64,000 nucleotides of DNA from Bacteroidota bacterium (GTDB lineage Bacteria; Bacteroidota; Ignavibacteria; Ignavibacteriales; Ignavibacteriaceae): assembly GCA_021815365.1 (NCBI GenBank), contig JAKAGZ010000011.1, forward strand, positions 1,134 to 65,133. The letters run 5' to 3'. The translations under genes and the position numbers were made by a program. Of this stretch, positions 47,550-57,155 are shown one piece after another. The notes beneath the pieces were generated by a model. It was not told where the DNA came from. It made no database searches and saw only the letters and a list, made by a program, of their open reading frames with translations. Positions within the stretch are counted from its first letter, which is position 1, and the number at the start of each line of letters is the position of its first letter.

Positions 47550-47820
47550 TATACAAATTTAGTCATATCGATTTCCTGCCGCAACCAACTATTGTCAAAC
47601 CGCACGATTTTGTCTCTCATAACAAATACTGGCGAATGAACGTCTTACTATAAAGTCAGCATTTGTTCAACATCTGTTATAACTTTACCTTCAAAATATT
47701 TAATGACAGAAAGATAGTCAAGAAAAATCTGAGCAGCAGGAATTTATGTGTTTGTATCAAAGGCAATTCTAAATTAACTTTGCAGTTAAACGGACATTTA
47801 ATATCTGTATTTTTATCAGG

Positions 47821-50574
47821 GTGTTTACTAAAATATTGAAATACTCCGGACTGAAATTATTTTTCACAGGAATAATGATTTTCCTGTGCTCTGTTTACTC
47901 ACTGGCAGAAACCCGCGGTTACTACTTTTCACATAGCCCGTCGGTCTCGCTCGTTCCGCTCGTTCCGGCAGAACGGAGTTTTGGCGAAGCAGAACGGAGT
48001 TCTGACGAAGCAGACTCTACGGAGTCTGACGACCGAGGTCTGACGGATGACCAATCCCGGGATTTTTCCGACACTTTGAATTCCACAAAACAGGATTCGC
48101 TCTCGACTGACAGTTCCGCCGCTCAAAAATCCACGGGGGTTGACTCTGTAATTTATGCAAGCTCCAAAGATTCGCTTATCTTTTTTGTTGATCAGAAAAA
48201 GATGAACCTCTACGGCAGCAGCGAAATAAAGTACAAAGATACAGACCTGAAAAGCGAAAATATCAAAGTTGATTTTAACACAAACTCAGTCGAAGCAACC
48301 GGAGTTTATCATCAGCGAGGAAATAAAACCGATACAACAAAAGAAGTTCCAAATACTAAATTAATCGGTACGCCTGTTTTGAAAGAGGGGACTGAAACCT
48401 ATACCGGTACAAGAATAAATTATAATTTTAAAACCACTCAAGGGTACATTACATCGGCAGGCACTTCTTCCGAAGGTGCATATTACACCGGTGAAAAAAT
48501 TAAAAAGGTAGATCAGAAAACTTATTTTATTGAAGATGGAATTTATACAACCTGCGACCACACTCCGCCGGATTATTATTTTTATTCGCCGAAGATGAAA
48601 GTCATACAGAACAACCAGATTATTGCGCGATGGATATGGCTATATTTTGGCGGTGTGCCTTTCCCGGTGCCGCTTCCTTTTGCAGTGTTTCCGCTTCAGA
48701 CAGGAAGGAGATCGGGAATAATTGCGCCCGTGTTTGGGTACGATGGGCGCTACGGAAATTATCTCTCTCACTTCGGATATTTCTGGGCAATAAATGATTA
48801 TATGGACTGGAACGTGACCGGTGATTATTACACACGCGGCAGCATTGCACTTGCAAGCAGATTCCGTTACGTTAAAAGATATGATTACAGCGGCGATGTT
48901 GAAGCAGGCTATAAGCTTTTTAAGTTAGGTCAGTCTACTGATCCGGGTGCTTCAGAATCAAGAGAGTGGAGGCTGTCGTGGTCGCATCATCAGAATATTA
49001 CACCGACTCTTCGCTTTGATGCAAATCTCCAGTTCCTTTCAAGTAATTATTTCCAGAGAACCAGCATTGACCTTAGTCAGGTTTTGCAGAACACAATTAT
49101 TTCGAGTGCTTCTTTATTTAAAAGCTGGGACGAATCGGGAAACAGTATGTCAATTAATTACTTCAGAAGGCAGGTGCTTCAAACGGGAGAGATTAATGAA
49201 ACTTTGCCTAACATCACTTTTAATAAAGCGCAGACATATCCTTTTCAAAATCCCTTAAACAGCGGCGAGCAAAAATGGTACGAGCTTTTCGGATATAGTT
49301 ACAGCGGGCAGTTTCAAAATCAAAGAACAAAGATAAATGGTGTACTGAATTCAAGAGCGGGTGTCCTTCATACAATTACCGGCGGTCTCTCGCCAAAGTT
49401 CGGTCACTTCAGCATTTCACCGAATTTTAATTACCAGGAAAAATGGTATAATAAAAGAATTGAAGAATACTATGCGGGTCCTTCTTTTTACGGCGGCGAT
49501 TCGATTGTTACAAGAGATGTCAATCAAATAAATTTTGTACGGACTTTTAATCTTGGGGTTTCAGCATCAACAAGATTTTACGGAATTTTTTCTCCGCATA
49601 TTTTTGGGATTGCAGCTATCAGGCATACAGTTAATCCTGCAATATCTTATAACTACCAGCCGGATTTTTCTCAACCTTACTGGGGTTACTATGGCAGGTT
49701 TGTTGATTCAAAAGGGAATGTGGTTAAGTATGATAAATTTTCAAGAGAAGTTTATGGCGGAGTTTCTGCTGGACAGCAGCAGAGTATTTCTTTTTCATTA
49801 GGAAATATTTTCGAAATGAAAACTGAAGTTGATCCGACAGACACAACTTCTAAAGAAAAGAAGATTCAACTGCTGAACCTGAACGCTGGTCTCAGCTATA
49901 ATTTTGCGGCAGACAGTCTGAAATTTTCAGATATCAATCTTAGTTACTGGACGCAGGTGGGGAAATTACTGAACATATCCGGTTCTTCAAGTTTTTCTCT
50001 ATATGATTTTGATCAGAGGATCAAGAGTCCTGTGAACCGTTTTTTAATCAACGAAGGGAAGGGGCTTGTGAGGATGACAAATTTCAGTTTTTCTTTGTCA
50101 ACGAGCCTTTCGGGCGAAAGGTTGTCTTCATCTGATAACAAAACTAAAACTGATTCAGCTTCACAGAAAGGCGAATTCGAACTGGTGCAGGAAAGCAACG
50201 CTTATTCAAGAGGAATTTATAATAATGCTGAAGCAGATTTTTCGATACCCTGGGATATTTCATTGAACTATAATTACAACATTTCTAAATATAATCCCAT
50301 TGAATCCTTTAAATCTTCGAACCTCAGCGCTAATTTAAATTTTAATCTGACAAAGAACTGGAAGGTTTCAGTTACAGGCAGCTATGATTTTATGATGAAG
50401 GAGTTTGTTGCGCCGCAGATTAGGATCTCCCGCGACCTTCACTGCTGGATAATGAATTTTACCTGGAATCCCGTCGGCTTATATTCAGGCTATATGCTGG
50501 AGATAAAAGTTAAAGCTCCGCAATTATCTGATCTTAAAATTACGAAGAGAGATCAGTTCTTTAACGGAAGGTAA
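47821..50574 (+). CDS. lptD: Large outer-membrane beta-barrel protein, LptD/OstA-like (GTG start)
   Basis: Signal peptide, an acidic linker, an OstA-like N-domain (IYASSKDSLIFFVDQKKMNLYGSSEIKYKDTDLKSENIKVDF), then about 650 aa of alternating beta-barrel sequence. Confidence 0.6.
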   Translation: MFTKILKYSGLKLFFTGIMIFLCSVYSLAETRGYYFSHSPSVSLVPLVPAERSFGEAERSSDEADSTESDDRGLTDDQSRDFSDTLNSTKQDSLSTDSSAAQKSTGVDSVIYASSKDSLIFFVDQKKMNLYGSSEIKYKDTDLKSENIKVDFNTNSVEATGVYHQRGNKTDTTKEVPNTKLIGTPVLKEGTETYTGTRINYNFKTTQGYITSAGTSSEGAYYTGEKIKKVDQKTYFIEDGIYTTCDHTPPDYYFYSPKMKVIQNNQIIARWIWLYFGGVPFPVPLPFAVFPLQTGRRSGIIAPVFGYDGRYGNYLSHFGYFWAINDYMDWNVTGDYYTRGSIALASRFRYVKRYDYSGDVEAGYKLFKLGQSTDPGASESREWRLSWSHHQNITPTLRFDANLQFLSSNYFQRTSIDLSQVLQNTIISSASLFKSWDESGNSMSINYFRRQVLQTGEINETLPNITFNKAQTYPFQNPLNSGEQKWYELFGYSYSGQFQNQRTKINGVLNSRAGVLHTITGGLSPKFGHFSISPNFNYQEKWYNKRIEEYYAGPSFYGGDSIVTRDVNQINFVRTFNLGVSASTRFYGIFSPHIFGIAAIRHTVNPAISYNYQPDFSQPYWGYYGRFVDSKGNVVKYDKFSREVYGGVSAGQQQSISFSLGNIFEMKTEVDPTDTTSKEKKIQLLNLNAGLSYNFAADSLKFSDINLSYWTQVGKLLNISGSSSFSLYDFDQRIKSPVNRFLINEGKGLVRMTNFSFSLSTSLSGERLSSSDNKTKTDSASQKGEFELVQESNAYSRGIYNNAEADFSIPWDISLNYNYNISKYNPIESFKSSNLSANLNFNLTKNWKVSVTGSYDFMMKEFVAPQIRISRDLHCWIMNFTWNPVGLYSGYMLEIKVKAPQLSDLKITKRDQFFNGR

Positions 50575-50695
50575 ATGATTTCGGAATTCGGATTGCGGAA
50601 TTCGGATATAAGACAAAAAAACTTAAAAGAGAATAGCCGCTGATATTGATTGGTGGTATTTTATATTTGTAACTCTTAACATTATAACCTTTAAT

Positions 50696-51490
50696 TTGAA
50701 AACAAAATATCCTGAACGAATAATCTGCTTAACTGAAGAGACGACTGAATTAATTTATCTGCTTGGTGGAGGAGATAAGATTGTTGGCATTTCCGGATTT
50801 ACACAGCGTCCGCCTGAAGCAAGGAAAACGAAGCCCAAAATTTCGACTTTTACAGACGCGAATTATAAAGCGATAAAAAAATTAGAACCTGATTATATTT
50901 TTGCATTCTCCGATATTCAGGCAGAAATTGTAAGAGATCTTGCTAAGCTTGGTTACCAGGTTGTTCTTTTTAATCAGAGGTCGGTCGCACAAATTTTGCA
51001 GAATATTTTAATTATCGGAAGCATCATCGGAAAAAATGAAGAAGCAGAAAAATTGCTTTCTGTTTATGAGAACAGGCTCCAGGCATTTAAGGAAGAATCT
51101 TCAGGGATGGAATATCATCCGAAAGTTTATTTCGAGGAATGGTATGATCCTTTGATTTCAGGGATATGCTGGGTGAGTGAGTTAATTGAAATTGCAGGAG
51201 GTACAGAAATTTTTTCTGAGTTCAGGGATAAACAAAGCGCCAGTGACAGAATAGTTAAGCCGGAAGAAGTGATAAAAAGAAATCCTGATATAATTATTGC
51301 GTCGTGGTGTGGTAAGAAATTCAAGAAAAATAAACTCGTCGAAAGAGAAAATTGGAATGAGATTAATGCAGTGAAGAACGATAAAATTTATGAGATAGAT
51401 TCCACATTGATCTTACAGCCAGGACCGGCGTCGCTGACTGAAGGATTAGATGAGTTAGTAAAAATAATCAGGGCTTGGCATTTAATGTAA
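50696..51490 (+). CDS. BtuF-like (Peripla_BP_2) cobalamin/iron-complex binding protein; no evident signal peptide; TTG start
   Basis: RIICLTEETTELIYLLGGGDKIVG, PDYIFAF, NPDIIIASWCG and the QPGP..L..GL tail. Confidence 0.7.
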   Translation: MKTKYPERIICLTEETTELIYLLGGGDKIVGISGFTQRPPEARKTKPKISTFTDANYKAIKKLEPDYIFAFSDIQAEIVRDLAKLGYQVVLFNQRSVAQILQNILIIGSIIGKNEEAEKLLSVYENRLQAFKEESSGMEYHPKVYFEEWYDPLISGICWVSELIEIAGGTEIFSEFRDKQSASDRIVKPEEVIKRNPDIIIASWCGKKFKKNKLVERENWNEINAVKNDKIYEIDSTLILQPGPASLTEGLDELVKIIRAWHLM

Positions 51491-52898
51491 ATGAAACATT
51501 TGTCTCACCATCTGAGTTTGAATCAACTTTAATTTCAGCATCATGCCAGTTCATAATAGATTTGACAACAGAAAGTCCGAGTCCCACTCCGCCTGTCTTT
51601 CGGTTTCGTGAAGATTCAGCTCTGTAAAAGCGGTCAAAAATTTTATTGCTCAATTCTTTCGGGATACTTTCTCCTTTGTTGATAATGCTTATGTTGACTT
51701 TGCTGTCTCCGTTTCTTTCAGCTTTGATAAATACATCTTCGTTCTCGTTGCCGAATTTTACAGCATTATCTATAAGATTAGTTATAGCCTGCGTCATTAA
51801 TATTTTATCAACATCAACACAAGTTTTTGTTCGTGAATCCAATATCAGGCTGATATTCTTTTCGCTCCCCAAAATTTTTAGCTGGTTAATCAGCGAAGTT
51901 AAAAAATCGTCAAGGTCAACTTTTTCTTTTTGAATTTTTATCAGCGAATTATCTATTTTAGATATGAAGAAGAGGTTATCTATTATTTTTGTCAGCCTGA
52001 TCAGTTCTTCGTAATTACTTTTAAGTACGGCAGCATATTCTTCAGGAGTTTTGAGGGACTTAAGTGCTATTTCTGTTTCACCGCGAAGGATTGTAAGAGG
52101 GGTTTTTAATTCGTGCGCTGCTGAAATCGAGAACTGGTTCATATAGTCAACGGAAGTTTTTATTCTTTTTATCATTTCGTTCATTTTTTTTACGAGCCTT
52201 CCGTATTCGTCGGTATATTCTTCACCTTCAATTTTTTCTTCAAGTTTCTGGGCTGTTATTTCTTCAGTTTTTTTAATAATTGCGTCAATTCTTGAAAGTG
52301 CTTTTGCAGAAATCAACACACCTCCAGCCATTGCAACCAGGAAAAAAAGCGGTGCCAGCAGAATGTAGATTTTCACCAGGCTTTTTAATGTCTGTGAAAT
52401 ATTTTCAAGTGGATAAGCAACAATAATATTATAGTTGTTGCTATTAAGCTGTACCACTCTTATCATTTTACTTGATAAGTCTGAGTCCGCGTAATCGAAG
52501 AGATTGTACGGTCCTGTTTTCAGCGGGAATGAAAGAGTATCGTTAGATAAGTTTGAAGATTTGAAGATCAGTTTATTTTTATAAAATATTTGTATGAAAT
52601 TGTTTCTCAGGTTGAAAGTAACTTCATCATAGATTACATCCCATATCAGGTCCTCCGGCGACTGGTAGACTGAATCGGGTACAAAGTTTTCAATATCAAC
52701 GTGTTTCTCTTTTACTATTCTTGAAATAGCTTTAGCCTGGTTTCTTAAACCAGTGTCAAGCCTGTTCAGCAGGCTGTTGTAGAGAGAGATATAAATAATA
52801 ATTCCGAACAATGTTTCGAGCAAAAGAAAAACTGTAGCATACCAGAGAGATGTTCGGAATCTTGTGGAAGATATAAAGAGTCTTAATTTTTCAAACAT
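51468..52898 (-). CDS. Sensor histidine kinase (2 TM, HAMP, HisKA, HATPase_c; CusS/heavy-metal-sensor-like architecture)
   Basis: H-box SISAAHELKTPLT, N-box NLIDNAVKF, G2 GGVGLGLSVVKSI. Confidence 0.85.
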   Translation of the reverse strand: MFEKLRLFISSTRFRTSLWYATVFLLLETLFGIIIYISLYNSLLNRLDTGLRNQAKAISRIVKEKHVDIENFVPDSVYQSPEDLIWDVIYDEVTFNLRNNFIQIFYKNKLIFKSSNLSNDTLSFPLKTGPYNLFDYADSDLSSKMIRVVQLNSNNYNIIVAYPLENISQTLKSLVKIYILLAPLFFLVAMAGGVLISAKALSRIDAIIKKTEEITAQKLEEKIEGEEYTDEYGRLVKKMNEMIKRIKTSVDYMNQFSISAAHELKTPLTILRGETEIALKSLKTPEEYAAVLKSNYEELIRLTKIIDNLFFISKIDNSLIKIQKEKVDLDDFLTSLINQLKILGSEKNISLILDSRTKTCVDVDKILMTQAITNLIDNAVKFGNENEDVFIKAERNGDSKVNISIINKGESIPKELSNKIFDRFYRAESSRNRKTGGVGLGLSVVKSIMNWHDAEIKVDSNSDGETNVSFTLNAKP

Positions 52899-52931
52899 AC
52901 TTTCGTTATTCTATCTTCTGTCATTCTGGGG

Positions 52932-53606
52932 TTAATCATCTTTAATGATATACCCGACGCCTCTAATAGTGTTGATTAAGGGATTTTCAGTATCGGTATC
53001 AATTTTGGAACGCAATTTATTAATATAAACATCAATGATGTTTGTTTCTGTGTCAAAGTGGTAGTCGTAAACGTGTTCTACTAGTTTAGTCCTTGAAACT
53101 ACTTTATTTGTGTTTCTCAGAAGATATTCCAGAATAGCAAACTCTTTAGGGGTGAGGATTATTTCCTTTCCATCTTTAATAACTCGGTGAGAAAGAAGAT
53201 CAAGAGTCATGCCTTTAACTTTTAAGGATGACATCTTTGACTTTTCATTTCTTCTTAGTAGAGCTCTTACCCTTGCAACCAGTTCTTCAAATGCAAACGG
53301 CTTGGTAAGATAATCATCGGCTCCTGCATCAAGCCCCTCGACTCTTGCTTCGATGCTGTCTTTTACTGTTAACATCAGGATTGGTGTAGCGACTTTTCTT
53401 TTTCTAAGTTCTTTAGTTAAACTTATACCATCAATATAAGGAAGCATTATATCCATAATGATCAAATCATATTCTTCAGTCTCTGCAAGTCTTAACCCTT
53501 CTTTTCCATCGCAGGCAATGTCAGCTGCGTAATATTCTTCTGCCAAACCTTTTTTTATAAAAGACGCAACTTTCCTTTCATCTTCAATTATTAATATTCT
53601 CATCAT
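52932..53606 (-). CDS. OmpR/PhoB-family response regulator
   Basis: Receiver RILIIEDE...DLIIMDIMLP...KPF; winged helix LTPKEFAILEYLL...RGVGYII. Confidence 0.9.
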   Translation of the reverse strand: MMRILIIEDERKVASFIKKGLAEEYYAADIACDGKEGLRLAETEEYDLIIMDIMLPYIDGISLTKELRKRKVATPILMLTVKDSIEARVEGLDAGADDYLTKPFAFEELVARVRALLRRNEKSKMSSLKVKGMTLDLLSHRVIKDGKEIILTPKEFAILEYLLRNTNKVVSRTKLVEHVYDYHFDTETNIIDVYINKLRSKIDTDTENPLINTIRGVGYIIKDD

Positions 53607-53895
53607 AGAAAAAATAATAAAAAAAAAGAGAGTTGAAAACTCTGTTCAATTTTCACCCATTTATAGACTCAAAGAATGTTTACAAATAATGATCTTAATA
53701 TTGCGATAATACATCTCCAACATAGCTGCTTATCATTAATGAAATCTTAACCCTGAATTAAAAAAAATTAATTGAATAAGGGACAGAAGATTTGGAAGTT
53801 TGATTATACTTATTTAGATTTAGTCTTAATAATTATAATTATTTAATAAAACAATAAAAAACATCATTATTACAGTAAATTAAAGGAAAAATACG

Positions 53896-54690
53896 ATGAG
53901 AAGATCAATTTACTTCATTTTGTTAACTGTATTATTTGCAGTGGCTTTGTCCAGTCAATCTCTTGCAGACAGGAGATATTTCGGCAGGCTTTACCTGGCA
54001 AATACATTACCCAAAGGTGCTTTTGAACTGGAGCTATGGAATACCGGCAGGATAGGAAAGTTTGATGGCTTCTACTACGGATTTCGTCCGAGGCTGGAAT
54101 TTGAATATGGTGTGACAGATAGGTTGTCTGCTTCGTTATACCTGAACTTCAACCAGGTAAAATCTGAAAATAATACTATCCCTTCTCACCCGTTTGAATT
54201 TCAGTCGTCATCTATTGAATTAAGGTACCGGCTGACAAACCCAGGAGATACTTTTATTGATCCGGCTTTGTACTTTGAATATTCCTACGGCGGGGATGAG
54301 ATAGAGTATGAATCAAAAATAATTCTTTCAAGAAGGTTTGAAAATTTCGTCACTGCAGTAAACGTTACTTCTGAAATCGAAAGGGAAGTGATAGATAATA
54401 AAAACAAATCAGTTTTGGAAATCACTGCCGGAGCTATGTATGACATCTCTCCTAATTTTGCAGTTGGACTGGAATTTAGAAATCATAGAATATATAAAAA
54501 TGTTTATGATGCACAGAGTAACCAGGCAACGTATTTGGGCCCAACAATAAATTTTCAGGCGGAGAAATTCTTTATAACTTTTAATTTATTAAAGCAGGTA
54601 AGCGGAAGCCCGGCTGATCAAAATGGTCTTGATCTGCTAAACCATGAGAAATATGAATTCAGAACAATTTTAGGAATTGATTTAGATTGA
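53896..54690 (+). CDS. Hypothetical outer-membrane beta-barrel protein
   Basis: Signal peptide and alternating aromatic/hydrophobic strands (LEFEYGV, LYFEYSYGG, VGLEFRNH). Confidence 0.55.
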   Translation: MRRSIYFILLTVLFAVALSSQSLADRRYFGRLYLANTLPKGAFELELWNTGRIGKFDGFYYGFRPRLEFEYGVTDRLSASLYLNFNQVKSENNTIPSHPFEFQSSSIELRYRLTNPGDTFIDPALYFEYSYGGDEIEYESKIILSRRFENFVTAVNVTSEIEREVIDNKNKSVLEITAGAMYDISPNFAVGLEFRNHRIYKNVYDAQSNQATYLGPTINFQAEKFFITFNLLKQVSGSPADQNGLDLLNHEKYEFRTILGIDLD

Positions 54691-54974
54691 AAAGAATAAT
54701 TTTCATTTCTTTGGCGCTTGGGTTTTTTTCCGCTTGCAATACCAGTTATATTGAAGAGAATGTTCCGACAAAATTTGCCGAAGGGAAAAAACTTTATATG
54801 TCAAAATGCAGCGGTTGCCATCGTTTGCATCAGCGTAACGAGTATACAGTAACTCAATGGGACTCAATATTAGTGCCCATGCAGAAAAAGTCTAAAATTA
54901 ACAATGAACAAAAAAAACAGATCAGGCTTTTTTTAACGGAGACGTATTCGGCACGTATAGAAGAAAAAAAATAG
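54687..54974 (+). CDS. Small lipoprotein with a single c-type haem motif (CxxCH)
   Basis: Lipobox FFSAC and haem motif CSGCH. The TTG start overlaps the upstream stop (TTGA). Confidence 0.6.
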   Translation: MKRIIFISLALGFFSACNTSYIEENVPTKFAEGKKLYMSKCSGCHRLHQRNEYTVTQWDSILVPMQKKSKINNEQKKQIRLFLTETYSARIEEKK

Positions 54975-54977
54975 TCC

Positions 54978-55712
54978 TCAAAATTTTGTCTGGAAATTCA
55001 GTATCAGGCTGGTTGGTAAGGTGGGTGAGTCATTAACCCCGACTGACAGGTTCCAGCCAAGTTCGGTGCTTTGTTTTTTATTGAAGGCACTAACTAATCT
55101 GACTGCATTTATGGCGCTCACGATCCGGTTAAGGATCAGGGCGCCAGCTACAAAACGCAGACTGTTGAATGCAGATTCACTTGATGTCCACATTTCCCTG
55201 TAAGTTCTTCTTTCTTCGTTAGTGTTCCATTTCCAGTAATATTGTTTTGCATCATACATTTGCGCAAAATTTCTTTCGAGAGCTTGCTGGTCATTGTACT
55301 GGTCAATGCTTAAGTAGTCGCCGATCGTTGCGTAATAATTTGCATCTTTTCCCGAATTATTCACGCCGCCATTTGATGCAGCGTAAGCCTTGTAGTCACT
55401 CTTTCTCCAGTTGCCGTATGAATTGATTCCTGCATAAGTTCCCCAGAGAAGCACATCAGCAATTGTGAAATATTTTCCATTTGAATAAGAACCTGCATAT
55501 AGTTCGCCCATCCCTGGAAGCAGCAGGGAATATATAATCGCTAACCCTGCATTTTTTTTATGGAACTCGTTTTGAAATTTTTCCGGATAATCTTTGCCTA
55601 TGCTGGTTAGTTGCCTTGAATCATTCTCAAGTCTTAAAGTATTCAGCGAGGGAATATTTTGAGGATAAATCAGACTGCCGATAAGAAGAAAAAGGAATAG
55701 TAATTTTTTCAT
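54978..55712 (-). CDS. Secreted or membrane hypothetical protein
   Basis: Signal peptide MKKLLFLFLLIGSLIYPQ and hydrophobic segments (SLLLPGMGELYAG); no assignable family. Confidence 0.5.
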   Translation of the reverse strand: MKKLLFLFLLIGSLIYPQNIPSLNTLRLENDSRQLTSIGKDYPEKFQNEFHKKNAGLAIIYSLLLPGMGELYAGSYSNGKYFTIADVLLWGTYAGINSYGNWRKSDYKAYAASNGGVNNSGKDANYYATIGDYLSIDQYNDQQALERNFAQMYDAKQYYWKWNTNEERRTYREMWTSSESAFNSLRFVAGALILNRIVSAINAVRLVSAFNKKQSTELGWNLSVGVNDSPTLPTSLILNFQTKF

Positions 55713-55743
55713 GTTTCCAATATATTATTTGAAAATTTTAAAC

Positions 55744-57090
55744 TCAGGCAACCAATTCAATATTTTCATTTATAGGATTAACAACTCCTGAACAGCTATT
55801 ATAGGAAGCTTCAGTTATCTTTATCCTTGTAAACTCATTTATTAGCTTTTCGTCAAATTTATTTGAAACCCTCACATAATTTGATGAAAATCCTTTAATA
55901 ATTCCAGCCGCATTCTCAAACTCAAAGAGTACTTCAAGCTCTTTGCCTTTCATTGATTGATAGAAAAAATACTTTTTCTTTTCACTCAGGATTCTCAGCA
56001 TATTATTTCTTTTTCGCCTTTCATATACATCTATTTTGTCTTTTAAGCCGATAGCTTTTGTGTTTGGTCTTTCTGAATATGTAAAAACGTGAAGGTAAGA
56101 AACCGGAAGCTCTTTCAACAGGTTGTATGTCTTTTGAAAATCTTCTTCAGTTTCTCCCGGGTAGCCAACAATAACATCTACGCCGATTCCAAGATCCTTA
56201 ATGCTGCTCTTTGCTTTATGAATTAGCTCAGCATAATTCTCAACCTTATATCTTCTCTGCATTGACTTCAGAATTTTCGGGCTGCCGCTCTGAAGAGGTA
56301 TGTGAAAATGATTACACATTTTTTCATTTTCTGCGGTAAGATTTATTATATCGTCACTTAAAAGATTAGGTTCGATCGAGCTGATCCTTATCCTGAATTT
56401 ACCGGGAACATCAACCATCCGCAGGAGGAGTTCGTAAAGATTAATATTGTACGAGTTTCCATAATCGCCTACATTCACTCCGGTTAAGATAATTTCTTTA
56501 TAGCCTGAGTTTATAAGAGTTTTAAATTCGCTAATTGCCTGTTCAGGATCGAGGCTCCTGCTTTTGCCGCGTGCAAGCGGTATTGTGCAGAATGAGCATT
56601 TATAATCGCAGCCATCCTGGATCTTAAAATATGCTCTTGTCCTGTTGTCAGCATCTGTGGAATGAGCATGTCCGAAATCATTTAACTGTTCTGTAGGTGA
56701 AACGTAAATGCAGGAGAAGTTTCTTTTTTCGAAGCTCTCAACGAGAGAGAATAATTTAAATTTCTCTTTGCTGCCAAGTACAACATCCACGCCGTTTATT
56801 CTGGAAATTTCTTCAGGGCGAAGCTGCGCATAGCAGCCTGTAACAATTATAAAAGCATCCGGGTTTTGTCTTAAAGCGCGGCGCACAAGCTGCCTGCATT
56901 CTTTTTCTGCGTTCTCTGTTACCGTGCAGGTATTAAAAACATACACATCCGTTTTTTCTTCAGAGGATGATAATGACCTGTTAAAATCAACAATATCAAA
57001 TCCTCTTATCAGGAACTCGTTCCCGATAGACGACGTTTCCGAAAAATTAAGTTTGCATCCTAATGTATGTAGCGCAACTTTCTGAGGCAT
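55744..57090 (-). CDS. mtaB: Radical-SAM tRNA methylthiotransferase, MtaB-like
   Basis: UPF0004 N-domain (HTLGCKLNFSE), radical-SAM CDYKCSFCTIP, C-terminal TRAM-like region. Confidence 0.8.
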   Translation of the reverse strand: MPQKVALHTLGCKLNFSETSSIGNEFLIRGFDIVDFNRSLSSSEEKTDVYVFNTCTVTENAEKECRQLVRRALRQNPDAFIIVTGCYAQLRPEEISRINGVDVVLGSKEKFKLFSLVESFEKRNFSCIYVSPTEQLNDFGHAHSTDADNRTRAYFKIQDGCDYKCSFCTIPLARGKSRSLDPEQAISEFKTLINSGYKEIILTGVNVGDYGNSYNINLYELLLRMVDVPGKFRIRISSIEPNLLSDDIINLTAENEKMCNHFHIPLQSGSPKILKSMQRRYKVENYAELIHKAKSSIKDLGIGVDVIVGYPGETEEDFQKTYNLLKELPVSYLHVFTYSERPNTKAIGLKDKIDVYERRKRNNMLRILSEKKKYFFYQSMKGKELEVLFEFENAAGIIKGFSSNYVRVSNKFDEKLINEFTRIKITEASYNSCSGVVNPINENIELVA

Positions 57091-57100
57091 AAATTGTTCG

Positions 57101-57135
57101 TTTAAAATTTAAAGAGCGGGAAAAACTCCCGCTCT
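57101..57135 (-). terminator. Rho-independent terminator downstream of rpsA
   Basis: On the minus strand, AGAGCGGGA-gtttt-TCCCGCTCT is followed by TTAAATTTTAAA. Confidence 0.7.
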
Positions 57136-57155
57136 CAATATAAATAATTCAGAAA

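Noticed and set aside
34104-47600. Integrase, transposase or IS elements flanking the R-M islet or the GC-rich block
   Set aside because: No ORF in or next to either region shows DDE, tyrosine- or serine-recombinase-like motifs. No terminal inverted repeats bracketing the blocks were found by eye.
50575-50695. Possible cobalamin riboswitch upstream of the BtuF-like gene, and the tandem cggaattcgga repeat (50585-50612)
   Set aside because: The spacer is only about 120 nt. I could find neither a convincing B12 box nor the conserved GGGAA/AATCC-type elements. The tandem repeat is two copies of an 11-mer with no other support.
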